NCBI GenBank assembly: GCA_963828735.1
Contig: CAWHFW010000005.1
Location: 960,001 to 1,024,000, forward strand
Origin: an uncultured Gemmatimonadales bacterium
Lineage (GTDB): Bacteria; Gemmatimonadota; Gemmatimonadetes; Gemmatimonadales; GWC2-71-9
Length of the DNA stretch: 64,000 nt
Reading direction: 5' to 3'
Below are positions 40,826 through 49,841 of the stretch, in pieces. The notes under the pieces were generated by a model that made no database searches, was not told the DNA's origin, and saw only the letters and a program-made list of their open reading frames with translations. Every line of letters starts with the position of its first letter. The first letter of the stretch is position 1. Both the position numbers and the translations under genes were made by a program.

Positions 40826-40869
40826 ATCTCGATTCTTCACCCCGACATCCGCCGGCGCCTCCGACCCGC
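40694..40869 (+). repeat. About 175-bp direct repeat, copy 1 (3' end of the Ig-like gene)
   Basis: Near-identical to 42687-42865. Confidence 0.92.
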
Positions 40870-40920
40870 AACGTCGCGGTGGCAGGCTCGATCCCCGGCG
40901 CGCGCGCAGCGTTCGCGGCT

Positions 40921-41014
40921 GCACGGCTTTAGGAGTGTGCTGCAGAGGTACGAGCCTGCCTGCCGGGTGTGGTTTATGCTGCCGGAGATGCGGTCTAATA
41001 CCAGTTAGCCGGAC
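40921..41014 (+). mobile_element. attI-like integron site, copy A
   Basis: Ends gcggtctaataccaGTTAGCC; homologous to 45861-45949. Confidence 0.55.
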
Positions 41015-41049
41015 GCACCGACATCCCCTTCCACCAGGGAAGAGGCCCG

Positions 41050-41304
41050 ATGCCATTCGATGAGAAGTTGGCGGCACGCATTCGAGCACACCTGAGCAGG
41101 CGTAGAGGGGTAGCTGAACGGAAGATGTTTGGCGGGATCACCTTCATGCTGCAAGGCAACATGTGCTGCGGCGTGCATCGCGATGCTCTGATTGCTCGCC
41201 TCGGCCCTGAGGAGGCCGGTCAAGCCCTCACGGAACCGCACACGCGGGGGTTCGATCTGACCGGGCGTCCGATGAAGGCCTGGGTGCTGGCTGGCTATGA
41301 GTAG
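41050..41304 (+). pseudogene. TfoX/Sxy N-terminal family, C-terminally truncated
   Basis: ERKMFGG, GNMCCG, GRPMKAWV, then an early stop. Confidence 0.7.
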
Positions 41305-41357
41305 GCGACGCGTCGCAAAGAACAAGATCAGCGTACGGAAAACGAGTGAGAGGATCA

Positions 41358-42671
41358 ATGAAAGCTGTGGTTCGCGTCGGTTTAGCAACTCTCGCGCTCC
41401 TCGTTCTATGGGCCGTCGTCGTGTTCGTTGGGACCTCGGAAGGCTGGTGGAAGCACACACTCGCTCCTCGCGGCGACACCGCCGGGTTCATGGACGCCGC
41501 TGCCAAGCTCGTCGATTCCAGCAACACAGGCAACGCTGTGTTCGTCGTAATCGACGATGGCGCTGTCCACGGCGTCCATGCCGTCTCCGTTGGCGAAGCG
41601 GTGGACGTGAATACCGTGTTCCAAACCGCTTCCCTCAGCAAGTGGATCACTGCTTGGGGTGTTATGGCGCTCGTCCAAGAGGGAAAGCTCGATCTGGACG
41701 CACCTGTTAGCACCTACCTGACCCGGTGGGCGCTCCCCAAAAGCAAGTTCGACAACAACAAGGTGACGGTGCGGCGGCTGCTGAGCCACACCGCCGGGCT
41801 CACCGACGGACTCGGCTACGCCGGCTTCGCGCCCAACGCGGCCGTCCAGTCACTGGAAGAATCCCTCAAGCGACCGGCGGATGCGTCTCCCGGGGCCAGC
41901 GGCACTATAGAGGTCGGATACGAGCCCGGGTCCGAGTGGCGGTACTCGGGAGGTGGCTATGCAATCCTTCAGCTCCTGATTGAAGAAGTGACCGGCGAAT
42001 CGTTCGAGGGCTTCATGCAACGCGTCATCTTCCGACCCTTGGGTATGGTTCGGTCGTCATACAGTTGGACACCTGCAGCGGGATCGACACTCGCGACGTT
42101 CTACGATGTTGACTCGAAACCGGCGACTCACTACCGATTTGCGGCCGTTGCGGCCACGTCGCTGTACACGTCGGCGTCCGACCTCACGCGTTTCGTTCAG
42201 GCCCACCTACCGGGAAAGAACGGCGAGCCGATTGGGCGCGGCGTGCTTGGGCCAGCGATCATCAACGAGATGTGGCGGCCGCACGCATCCAAGTTTTCGG
42301 AAGACATCTGGGGCCTTGGAACTATCCTGTACGCCAGCAATAACAAAGGTGGCTTCGTCGTCGGTCATGACGGGGACAACGAGCCTGCGATAAATACCGC
42401 CGCACGTCTCAACCCGGCCACCGGCAACGGCATCGTGATTCTCGAGACCGGTACGCCCCTCCTCGCTACGAGGCTGGCCGGCGAGTGGGTCTTCTGGGAA
42501 ACGGGCAACGTGGACTTCCTCGCGTTCACGATCGCGATCCCGGGGATGCTTCGCCTGATCGGTCTCGGCAGCCTCGTGATCGTGGTGGCTCTGCCAACAA
42601 TCGCTTGGTCGCTTCGACGCAAGCGGAGGGGTCGATCTTTCAATGCCAGCGCTTCTAGGCCTGGCACATAG
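41358..42671 (+). CDS. Serine hydrolase of the beta-lactamase/AmpC-like family, membrane-anchored at both ends
   Basis: FQTASLSK (SxxK), LLSHTAGL, WRYSGGG, GHDG. Confidence 0.9.
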   Translation: MKAVVRVGLATLALLVLWAVVVFVGTSEGWWKHTLAPRGDTAGFMDAAAKLVDSSNTGNAVFVVIDDGAVHGVHAVSVGEAVDVNTVFQTASLSKWITAWGVMALVQEGKLDLDAPVSTYLTRWALPKSKFDNNKVTVRRLLSHTAGLTDGLGYAGFAPNAAVQSLEESLKRPADASPGASGTIEVGYEPGSEWRYSGGGYAILQLLIEEVTGESFEGFMQRVIFRPLGMVRSSYSWTPAAGSTLATFYDVDSKPATHYRFAAVAATSLYTSASDLTRFVQAHLPGKNGEPIGRGVLGPAIINEMWRPHASKFSEDIWGLGTILYASNNKGGFVVGHDGDNEPAINTAARLNPATGNGIVILETGTPLLATRLAGEWVFWETGNVDFLAFTIAIPGMLRLIGLGSLVIVVALPTIAWSLRRKRRGRSFNASASRPGT

Positions 42672-42686
42672 GCAGGCATTCAACCT

Positions 42687-42865
42687 AAGGACGGCACCTA
42701 CACGGCGGCGCTCAACCTGCCGATCGGGGTGTTCCGAGTGGACATCACGCTCCAGGGCGCGGCGATCCAGGGGAATCCGTTCCAGATCATCGTGCCGTAC
42801 CCATTCTTCAACTGCGAGGTTTCGATTCTTCACCCCCAACACATCCGCCGGCACCCCCGACCCGC
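42687..42865 (+). repeat. Direct repeat copy 2 (orphan gene tail)
   Basis: Copy of 40694-40869 with the stop TAG changed to GAG. Confidence 0.92.
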
Positions 42866-42911
42866 TCACGCGGGTCGGTCCTCGTCAGCGGAGCGGGGTA
42901 ATCTGAGCGAC

Positions 42912-43184
42912 ATGGACCCTAGGTCTGACGCACCTCATTTCCGGTTGCCCTACCACCCCGCTATTCTCGACGCCGACTTGCCGCAGGCGCTATCGGGAGA
43001 GCCAAGTGGCCGAGATTGGCCGAGCGGGCGCGGGGTCAGTTACCTGACTGCCGGAGTGGCGGTCGGCTATCTATTGGGTAGAGTAGTTTTCCGGCTCGCC
43101 TTGGCCGGGGCGTCTATTGTTTGCGGTCTGGCGTTGGCTATCCTGAGCGCTGCGTTCGGCAGCGTTATTTCGACACGCCGGTGA
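42912..43184 (+). CDS. Small hypothetical membrane protein
   Basis: TAATCT 7 nt before ATG; hydrophobic C-terminal half. Confidence 0.4.
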   Translation: MDPRSDAPHFRLPYHPAILDADLPQALSGEPSGRDWPSGRGVSYLTAGVAVGYLLGRVVFRLALAGASIVCGLALAILSAAFGSVISTRR

Positions 43185-43385
43185 ACAGGCCCGCGCGGCT
43201 GACACGCGCGGCATGTAGATGGGTACGCAACAACCCTCTGCCGACTAGACCGGGCTAGGATCAGGAAGGAGAATCAAGGCGGGCCCGGGGACTAGCTAGC
43301 CGGAGGCTACGGGCTCGGGACCCGACTCTGCAGTTTTCAAGTCCCGAAGCTCGCGCCCTCCGGGCCTGCTCAAGGGAGGCGAGGC

Positions 43386-45791
43386 ATGGATACGGTACTC
43401 CAAGACCTCCGCCACGCTGTTCGGAGCCTTCGCCGCACTCCAGGGTTCGTCGCTATCGCGATCGTCACACTCGCCCTGGGGATCGGTCTGGCGACCGCGG
43501 TCTTCACGGTGGCTGAGACACTACTCCTGCGTCCGCTCCCCGTTCAGGACCAGGATCGCCTTGTCGTGCTGTGGGGTGAAGCGCGCGACCAGGCTTCCAA
43601 TTATCCCCTTGACCTCGATGACGCCAGTGAGTTCGCCCGGCGAACCCGATCGCTCGAGGGGATCGCGTTCTTCTCCTACTATGGCGCTACGCCCAAGCCA
43701 ATCCGCGACGGCGGCCAGATCTCGCGCCTCTCCCGCGCCCTCGTGTCCGGCACATTCTTCGAGGTGCTTGGCGCGCGGCCCTTGCTCGGCCGAGCGCTGC
43801 AACCGACGGACGACGTCAGCGGCGCAGCGCCGGTGCTGGTGCTGAGCTACCGTGCCTGGCAGCAGCGGTTCGGCGGTGACGCCCACGTCCTCGGGCGACG
43901 GGTCCTGACATACGATGACGGGGTAGCCTATACGATCGTCGGCGTGATGCCTCAGGGACTGGACTTTCCAAAAGGCACCGATTTCTGGGCACCGGTCGTC
44001 CCCTCGACGGCTCCCAAAGAGCTGTACCTCATCGGGCGGCTCGCGCCGGGCGCGACTGCCACCAGCGCCCTGGACGAGTTGACCAGGTTCTTCGGCCGCG
44101 CCGAGGCCTCAGCGTGGCAGCGAGAGTTGCGCGGCGCCGTCGACTCTCTCCCAAGGCTCATTCTGGGCGATACCAGGCCGGCGCTGATCGTCTTCGCCGC
44201 CGCAGCCGGGCTCCTCCTGCTGATCACGTGCATCAACGTCGCCAACCTGCTGCTGGTGCGAGGCCTCGGACGGGTGCGGGAGATCGCCGTACGATCGGCC
44301 CTCGGTGCGGACCGTCCGCGGGTGATCAGCCAACTGTTGACCGAGAACGCGCTCCTCGCCATCGGGGGCGGCGGGCTCGGCCTCGCCGTGGCGTACATGG
44401 CGGTCCGGCTCTTCGTTGCGGTCGCGCCGGCCGGCGTACCCCGCCTCGACGAGATTACCGTGAACGCCGCCGCCCTGGCCGGCGCGGTGGGAATCACCGG
44501 CATCGCGATGCTCGTGTTCGGCCTTGCGCCAGCGGTCATCGCGTCGCGCGTCGAGATAGACCAGGCGCTCCGGTCGGAGGCGCGACAGAGCGCCAGCCGG
44601 CGTTCCCGGCTGGGGACGGAGGCCCTTGTGGCGGGGCAGGTCGCGCTCGCCCTCATCGTCCTTTCGGCGGCGGGACTGATCGCCCGAAGCCTCATCAAGC
44701 TCGAGCGGGCCGAGCTCTCGTTCGAGTCGTCGCAACTCCTCATTGGCGATTTGACACTTCGCTACGAGCAGTACGACGACCCGACGAAGCAGCGAGCGAT
44801 GCTCGAGAGGTTGTTGCCGCGCCTGGAGGCGATCCCGGGTGTGCGTGCTGTCTCACCCGTCGTGGCGGTCCCCTTCTCGGGCGCCGGCGGATGGGACGGC
44901 CACCCCGCGGCCGAAGGACAGTCCGCAGAGGAGGCGGCCGCGAACCCGATGCTCAACATGGAAGTCGTGACGCCGGCTTACTTCGAGACGTTCAGCATAG
45001 CGGTGATCCGCGGGAGGCGCTTCACGGACCAGGATCGCGAGGGTGGTCCCGCTGTCGTGATGGTCAGTCAATCCGCCGCGCGGCACTACTGGCCGGGCGA
45101 GGATCCCATCGGGAAACGCCTGAGCATGGGAGCAGAGTCGGAGTGGACGGGCACCGTGGTCGGGGTTGTCCCGGACACGCGCTACCGCGATCTGCGAAAC
45201 GCCCGCCCGAGCATCTACTTCCCGCTCCGTCAGTCGTTCTTCCCCTACGTGCCCATGACACTGGCCGTCCGCACCAATAGCCCTCCGGCTGAGCTGGTCG
45301 CGCCGATTCGGCGCGTGATCAGCGAGAGCGAGCCTGGGGTCGCGCTGGCGAGCGCCGCACCGTTCGAGACGTTCCTGGCGGGGCCTCTGGCGCAGCCGCG
45401 CCTGAACGCGCTGCTCATCGCCCTGTTCGCGGCTGCCGCGGTCACGCTGGCGGCCGTCGGCCTGTTCGGTGCCGCGGCCGCCATGGTGCGACTGCGTGCA
45501 CGCGAGCTCGGCGTGCGGATGGCACTCGGTGCGAGCACAGGAGATCTACGGTGGATGGTGATGCGGCGCGGTCTCACGATCGCGGTGCTGGGATCGGCGC
45601 TGGGATTACTCGGCGCACTGCTGGCGAATCGTCTGCTGTCGGCCATGCTCTACGAGGTGACTCCGACTGACGTGGCGACGTTCGCAGCGGTCACCGGGTT
45701 CCTCCTGGGTGTCACGACACTCGCGATCCTCATCCCGGCTCAAGCAACTACGCGCATCGATCCCGTCATCGTGCTGCGGGCGGAAGGATAG
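43386..45791 (+). CDS. ADOP family duplicated orphan permease (MacB/FtsX-like)
   Basis: QDLRHAVRSL, LALGIG, CINVANLLL, RE.GVRMALGA, IDP...LRAE. Confidence 0.93.
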   Translation: MDTVLQDLRHAVRSLRRTPGFVAIAIVTLALGIGLATAVFTVAETLLLRPLPVQDQDRLVVLWGEARDQASNYPLDLDDASEFARRTRSLEGIAFFSYYGATPKPIRDGGQISRLSRALVSGTFFEVLGARPLLGRALQPTDDVSGAAPVLVLSYRAWQQRFGGDAHVLGRRVLTYDDGVAYTIVGVMPQGLDFPKGTDFWAPVVPSTAPKELYLIGRLAPGATATSALDELTRFFGRAEASAWQRELRGAVDSLPRLILGDTRPALIVFAAAAGLLLLITCINVANLLLVRGLGRVREIAVRSALGADRPRVISQLLTENALLAIGGGGLGLAVAYMAVRLFVAVAPAGVPRLDEITVNAAALAGAVGITGIAMLVFGLAPAVIASRVEIDQALRSEARQSASRRSRLGTEALVAGQVALALIVLSAAGLIARSLIKLERAELSFESSQLLIGDLTLRYEQYDDPTKQRAMLERLLPRLEAIPGVRAVSPVVAVPFSGAGGWDGHPAAEGQSAEEAAANPMLNMEVVTPAYFETFSIAVIRGRRFTDQDREGGPAVVMVSQSAARHYWPGEDPIGKRLSMGAESEWTGTVVGVVPDTRYRDLRNARPSIYFPLRQSFFPYVPMTLAVRTNSPPAELVAPIRRVISESEPGVALASAAPFETFLAGPLAQPRLNALLIALFAAAAVTLAAVGLFGAAAAMVRLRARELGVRMALGASTGDLRWMVMRRGLTIAVLGSALGLLGALLANRLLSAMLYEVTPTDVATFAAVTGFLLGVTTLAILIPAQATTRIDPVIVLRAEG

Positions 45792-45860
45792 GCGTTGGGA
45801 TCATGATGGACAGCACTCGCCGTACTGGTACCAGGGACACATGGAGGATAGGGAGGTGCT

Positions 45861-45949
45861 GCACCGTCTTAGGAGCGCTGAGGAGAGAAGCGCTGCCTGC
45901 CAGGCGTGGTTTATGCTCGGAGACGCGGTCTAATACCAGATAGGCGGAC
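45861..45949 (+). mobile_element. attI-like integron site, copy B
   Basis: Ends gcggtctaataccaGATAGGC. Confidence 0.55.
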
Positions 45950-45994
45950 CGCGCCACCAACACGGTGTGGGGAAAGAACGGAGGGGCAACAGTC

Positions 45995-46381
45995 ATGCCG
46001 CATACCCAGGGACCGGCCCTTACGTCGGATCAGTGGGAAGCACGAGACTACCGCCAACCGGCGCGCGACCTGGATAGCTGGGCGAAATCTCGCTCGGGCG
46101 CACGTGAGGATGACGCGAGTGAGTACGTGGCCAAGCTGGGTCTCAACGAGACGGGCTCGGTCGTTGTCATGAACCGGGCCCACGACCGCGTCCTGGTCCC
46201 GCCACCCGCCCGCGCCCCATTAGCGGCGTTCGCGCTCGCCGAGCAGCCGTTCGGCTTCACGCTCGCGGACGCCGCGTTAGTGGAGGCCGCCGCGACTCAG
46301 AGTCAGCATCAGGAGGCCGCGGCGGCCTTGCGGGATCTTGGCCAACGGATCCGCGACCTTCTGTCGCCGGCGGCCGCCTAA
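45995..46381 (+). CDS. Hypothetical protein, cassette-like
   Basis: GGAGG RBS; stop TAA lies inside GCCTAAT. Confidence 0.7.
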   Translation: MPHTQGPALTSDQWEARDYRQPARDLDSWAKSRSGAREDDASEYVAKLGLNETGSVVVMNRAHDRVLVPPPARAPLAAFALAEQPFGFTLADAALVEAAATQSQHQEAAAALRDLGQRIRDLLSPAAA

Positions 46382-46430
46382 TCCGCAAATGCAGCCGACA
46401 GGCCGTGGCTGGCCGGCGCCCCGCGCGGGA
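46376..46430 (+). mobile_element. Degenerate attC left half
   Basis: gcctaatccgcaaatgcagccgac. Confidence 0.55.
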
Positions 46431-46454
46431 ATCCGACGACCATGGGGCGAGCCT

Positions 46455-46826
46455 ATGCACTCTTCAGGTCTAGCGGCAGTGGGACGGTGCTTGCTGCTCG
46501 TCACGGCCCTCGGCGCCTGTACCGAGTGGCACGTAGAGGCGGCAAGCCCCAGCGACCTCGTGACCACCGCCCATCCGACGCGCCTTCGCGTCACGCAGAC
46601 GGATAGCACTCGTACCGTGGTCGAGGCCCCTGTCATCGTGGGGGATTCCCTCCGAGGCCAGGTGCAGGGAAGTGCCTGGGCGATCGCCCTTCCGGACATT
46701 GCCGCCGTGGCGGTGCGACGTCCGAGCGATGAGCGCAGCGCAATCCTGGTAGGAGGCGTCCTCGTGGCCGCCGGGACGATCGCGTTCAGCACGGGTAGCG
46801 ACGGCCCGAGCACGCTTCGGAAATGA
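46455..46826 (+). CDS. Small lipoprotein, CTxW paralog 1
   Basis: LGAC-TEW; GDSLRG; C-terminal TM helix. Confidence 0.7.
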   Translation: MHSSGLAAVGRCLLLVTALGACTEWHVEAASPSDLVTTAHPTRLRVTQTDSTRTVVEAPVIVGDSLRGQVQGSAWAIALPDIAAVAVRRPSDERSAILVGGVLVAAGTIAFSTGSDGPSTLRK

Positions 46827-46850
46827 CCGACCGGGTGCCTATTGCTTGGC

Positions 46851-46873
46851 GCCTAACCCGCGCATGCAGCTGA
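46851..46873 (+). mobile_element. Degenerate attC left half
   Basis: GCCTAACccgcgcatgcagctga. Confidence 0.55.
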
Positions 46874-47148
46874 ATCGCAGCCGGGCCCCGGCGGAGCGTG
46901 CCTCCTCAGTCTGAAGCGGCTAACCCCTTTCCGCCACCAGCGCTGCCCGCCCGTCCGAACTGCCGATCCCTCCTGACGTACTCCACCATCGAGGCTGCGA
47001 CCGCCTGGATGCCTCCTCTCCCGGCTTGACTGGCGCTTGAGCGCCCTCCCAGAGCTTCCGGTCACAAGCTCGATGGACACCTCAGGCCGATGATCCATAC
47101 GCCCGGGCGGGAACCGATCCTTCATTCCGAGGCAGACGGGAGCTACCC

Positions 47149-47538
47149 ATGATCAAGTCCGAGACGATGGTGCTCTTGCTGGCTGTGGGCTGGCTGAGTG
47201 CCTGCACGAGCTGGACGATCCAGTCGGCTTCGCCCCAGCAGGTCCTGGCCGAGCACCAGCCCGAGAAAGTTCGGGTTACCCGCGCCGACAGTACGACCGT
47301 CGTCCTGAACCAGCCCGAGATCGCGGGCGACACGCTCTACGGGATCGGGCAATCGCAGGCCTCCGGAGGGCACGCAGACCGAAGCGGCGTGGCTCTGGCG
47401 GACGTGAAGTACGTCGCTATCCGGAAAGGGGATGCGACGAAGACCGTCCTCCTCGGGGTGGGGTCGGCGGCCGTAGGGGTTGGCACCCTGTACTTGATCG
47501 CCGCCCTTGCCTATGCGAATTCGAGTTCTGTATGGTGA
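47149..47538 (+). CDS. Small lipoprotein, CTxW paralog 2
   Basis: LSAC-TSW; GDTLYG; C-terminal TM helix. Confidence 0.75.
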   Translation: MIKSETMVLLLAVGWLSACTSWTIQSASPQQVLAEHQPEKVRVTRADSTTVVLNQPEIAGDTLYGIGQSQASGGHADRSGVALADVKYVAIRKGDATKTVLLGVGSAAVGVGTLYLIAALAYANSSSVW

Positions 47539-47719
47539 GTCGTCGCACCTGGTCGGATTCATGCAGAGGTTCCTCGGGAGGTCTGTGCGAGGCGAACAGC
47601 TCGAGGATGTTGAACGGGGTGACGTGCAGGAGCCGACGGCCCGATCATTCCCGAGCTTCTTTCGGACACCGATCGCCGATGATGATCAGCGGTCCGTAAG
47701 TTGGCGCGGTCGCGAGGAC

Positions 47720-47755
47720 GATGGCCTGCAGCTGACTTGCATTCCGTTAGGCCGC
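47720..47755 (+). mobile_element. attC right half / cassette core site
   Basis: ggcctgcagctgacttgcattccGTTAGGCcgc. Confidence 0.6.
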
Positions 47756-47775
47756 GAGGCTATGTGTCGCTGAAG

Positions 47776-48138
47776 ATGAAGTTAGACCACACGCTGCTCG
47801 CTCTGGCGGTTCTCATGCTCTTTGCCCTGGCGTGTGTGGGGATTAAGGGCGGGATCGATCAGTGGCCGGCATTGCAATCCCTTAGCCAGAAGGTCCAGAG
47901 CGGTGCCCAGCTCGGCTACGGGGTTTTCTCTATACTTGCGGTAGCATCAGGGGCCACCCATGCACGTCGAGCTCGGGTCATTCAGGGGTGTTGGCTCGCG
48001 TGCCTCACGACCGCAGGCGGCTTAGCGCCTAAGGTATGGGGCGGGTTGGGTTGGGGATCTGTACCGGTTGCGGCGGTCGTCACCCTCGCCATCGGCTTCA
48101 GCATACTGTGGTTGTTGCGCCGTGGACTTGCGGCCTAA
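47776..48138 (+). CDS. Four-TM hypothetical protein in a gene cassette
   Basis: Flanked by GTTAGGCCGC (47746) and GCGGCCTAAC (48130-48139), with the stop inside the latter. Confidence 0.7.
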   Translation: MKLDHTLLALAVLMLFALACVGIKGGIDQWPALQSLSQKVQSGAQLGYGVFSILAVASGATHARRARVIQGCWLACLTTAGGLAPKVWGGLGWGSVPVAAVVTLAIGFSILWLLRRGLAA

Positions 48139-48257
48139 CAGCGCACGGGAGGCCTGGCGCGGCGCATCTCGTCCCTGGCGCGGCGGGTCTGGCCTGATTC
48201 GCGCCACGCGGATCCGGCGGCGCGAATCGCGACCGTGGGGCTGGGACCAAGTCGCGG

Positions 48258-48761
48258 CTAGGCGAACGGGTTCTCGTCCGCACTCGGTCCATAGATGGAG
48301 GGGATCGGAACGCCCAGTTCTCGCAGGTACACCGTCAGCTGCCCGCGATGATGGTACCAGTGGTTGAGCATGACCGACCGCAGCATCGCTGCCCGCGTCG
48401 TGGCGAAGAGCTCCCGTTCGCCGTTCGTCAGTCGCCACGTCGCCGTCAGCGCTCCGTCGTCCATACCGCCGAGCACCTGCTTCGCCGTCGCGATGCTCTG
48501 GTCGAGCGCGGGCATGAGCTCCAAGCTGCTCGCCGGGCTGGGGTCTTGCCCAACCTGGGGCGCTCGAGCCGGCGATGCCGAGGCAACGAGCTGGGCGACT
48601 CCGCCGGGCACGATCGCGACATGCAGTGCAAGCTCGCCCAGCGTCCTCGCCTTTTCGTGTGGCCGCCACTCCAGCCGGTCGTCCGGGACTCGTTCGAGGA
48701 CTCGGCGCGTCGTCACCGCTTCATCCTCCAGCTCCCGCAGCATGCCGTCGATCAGTGCCAT
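48258..48761 (-). CDS. DinB family protein
   Basis: WRPH..ARTLGELALH, NHWYHHRGQL. Confidence 0.92.
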   Translation of the reverse strand: MALIDGMLRELEDEAVTTRRVLERVPDDRLEWRPHEKARTLGELALHVAIVPGGVAQLVASASPARAPQVGQDPSPASSLELMPALDQSIATAKQVLGGMDDGALTATWRLTNGERELFATTRAAMLRSVMLNHWYHHRGQLTVYLRELGVPIPSIYGPSADENPFA

Positions 48762-48793
48762 TCAGCTACCCTCCGTCCTCAGTGCACATCGGG

Positions 48794-49243
48794 TTACGGC
48801 TTCTCCACCCGGCGCCGAATCCGGTCGACCAGGAGCGGCCAGCCCTGCGACAGCGCCTCACGATAGCCGTCGGGAAACAGGCCCAGCGCCGTGTGACGGA
48901 GCGCGATCCAAGTCCCGCCGTCGGTCTCCTTGAGCCGGTACTGCAGATTCGACGACACGGCGAACGACATCATCAGCGGTCCCGTGATCTCGAGCAGCGT
49001 GGGTCGCTTGATCGCCTGCACGTGACCCCACAAGTGCCCATTGCCGTCACCGAGGTCGCGGAACCAACGGCCGCCGGGCCAGGGCTCGAGCGTCATCGGC
49101 ATGGGTGTGCCGTTGTGTCCTTCGTTCGAGGGGCCCATCTCCTCGAGCAGCGCCGCAAAGGTCGCGGCGAGGGGCGCGCGAACGTGGGTCTCCTCCGCAA
49201 TGCTGAGCGAGAGGTTATCGATTCCTGGGGCGATCGCGGTCAT
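48794..49243 (-). CDS. SRPBCC (AHSA1-like) protein
   Basis: LEPWPGGRW, LWGHV, GW; coupled to the ArsR gene. Confidence 0.85.
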   Translation of the reverse strand: MTAIAPGIDNLSLSIAEETHVRAPLAATFAALLEEMGPSNEGHNGTPMPMTLEPWPGGRWFRDLGDGNGHLWGHVQAIKRPTLLEITGPLMMSFAVSSNLQYRLKETDGGTWIALRHTALGLFPDGYREALSQGWPLLVDRIRRRVEKP

Positions 49244-49602
49244 GGTTGTCTCCTCTGAGTGCCGTCCCCGTCACTCCGCTTCGATTGCTGCTCGGCGCGT
49301 TCCTTGACTCGGGTGAGCTGCTGGCGCCAGTAGCGCTCGAATCGGCTGGTCCATTCGTGGACCGGTTTGATTGCCTCTGCGTTGGTACGATAGAACGCCT
49401 GGCGGCCGTCGCGCCGCACCTCTACCAGGCCGACCTCCAGAAGCACCCGGAGGTGCTTGGAGACCGACGGTTGCGCCAGCCCCAGCGCCACGACGATGTC
49501 GCCGACGGGGCGCTCGGCGGGCGCGAGGAAGTCCAGGATGTCTCGCCGGCGGGGTTCGGCGACGGCGTTGAAGCTGTCGGAGGTCGTGGCGGCACGAGAC
49601 AT
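49240..49602 (-). CDS. ArsR/SmtB family regulator
   Basis: AVAEPRRRDIL, QPSVSKHLRVL. Confidence 0.92.
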   Translation of the reverse strand: MSRAATTSDSFNAVAEPRRRDILDFLAPAERPVGDIVVALGLAQPSVSKHLRVLLEVGLVEVRRDGRQAFYRTNAEAIKPVHEWTSRFERYWRQQLTRVKERAEQQSKRSDGDGTQRRQP

Positions 49603-49609
49603 GGGTCGA

Positions 49610-49637
49610 ATTATATGTCGATATGGGAATATGTCAA
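49610..49637 (-). promoter_or_regulatory. Consensus sigma70 promoter, leaderless
   Basis: TTGACA-N16-TATAAT, 7 nt before ATG. Confidence 0.85.
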
Positions 49638-49841
49638 TGGGCCAACTCGGGGCGAGGCCTCGTGGTGAAGCGAAGTAACCACTTCACGCCGAGTGGGCGG
49701 GTCGGTTACTGGACTCAGCGAGGGAGATGGGATCGCGCCGGCCTGGCAATAGACGCACGACGCTAGGTATTGGAAGCTGCGGGGCGGCCGAGCCAGCTGC
49801 CCGTGATCATCCCCGGGAACTCCCGGGGAGCGGCGCCAAGC

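Noticed and set aside
41358..42671. True beta-lactamase resistance gene
   Set aside because: Only the family fold motifs are visible (YSG rather than YxN, HDG rather than KTG); activity cannot be inferred.
40694..42865. Diversity-generating retroelement TR/VR pair at the C-terminus of an Ig-like protein
   Set aside because: Mismatches are not adenine-specific, the coding ones are synonymous, and no reverse transcriptase is in the window.
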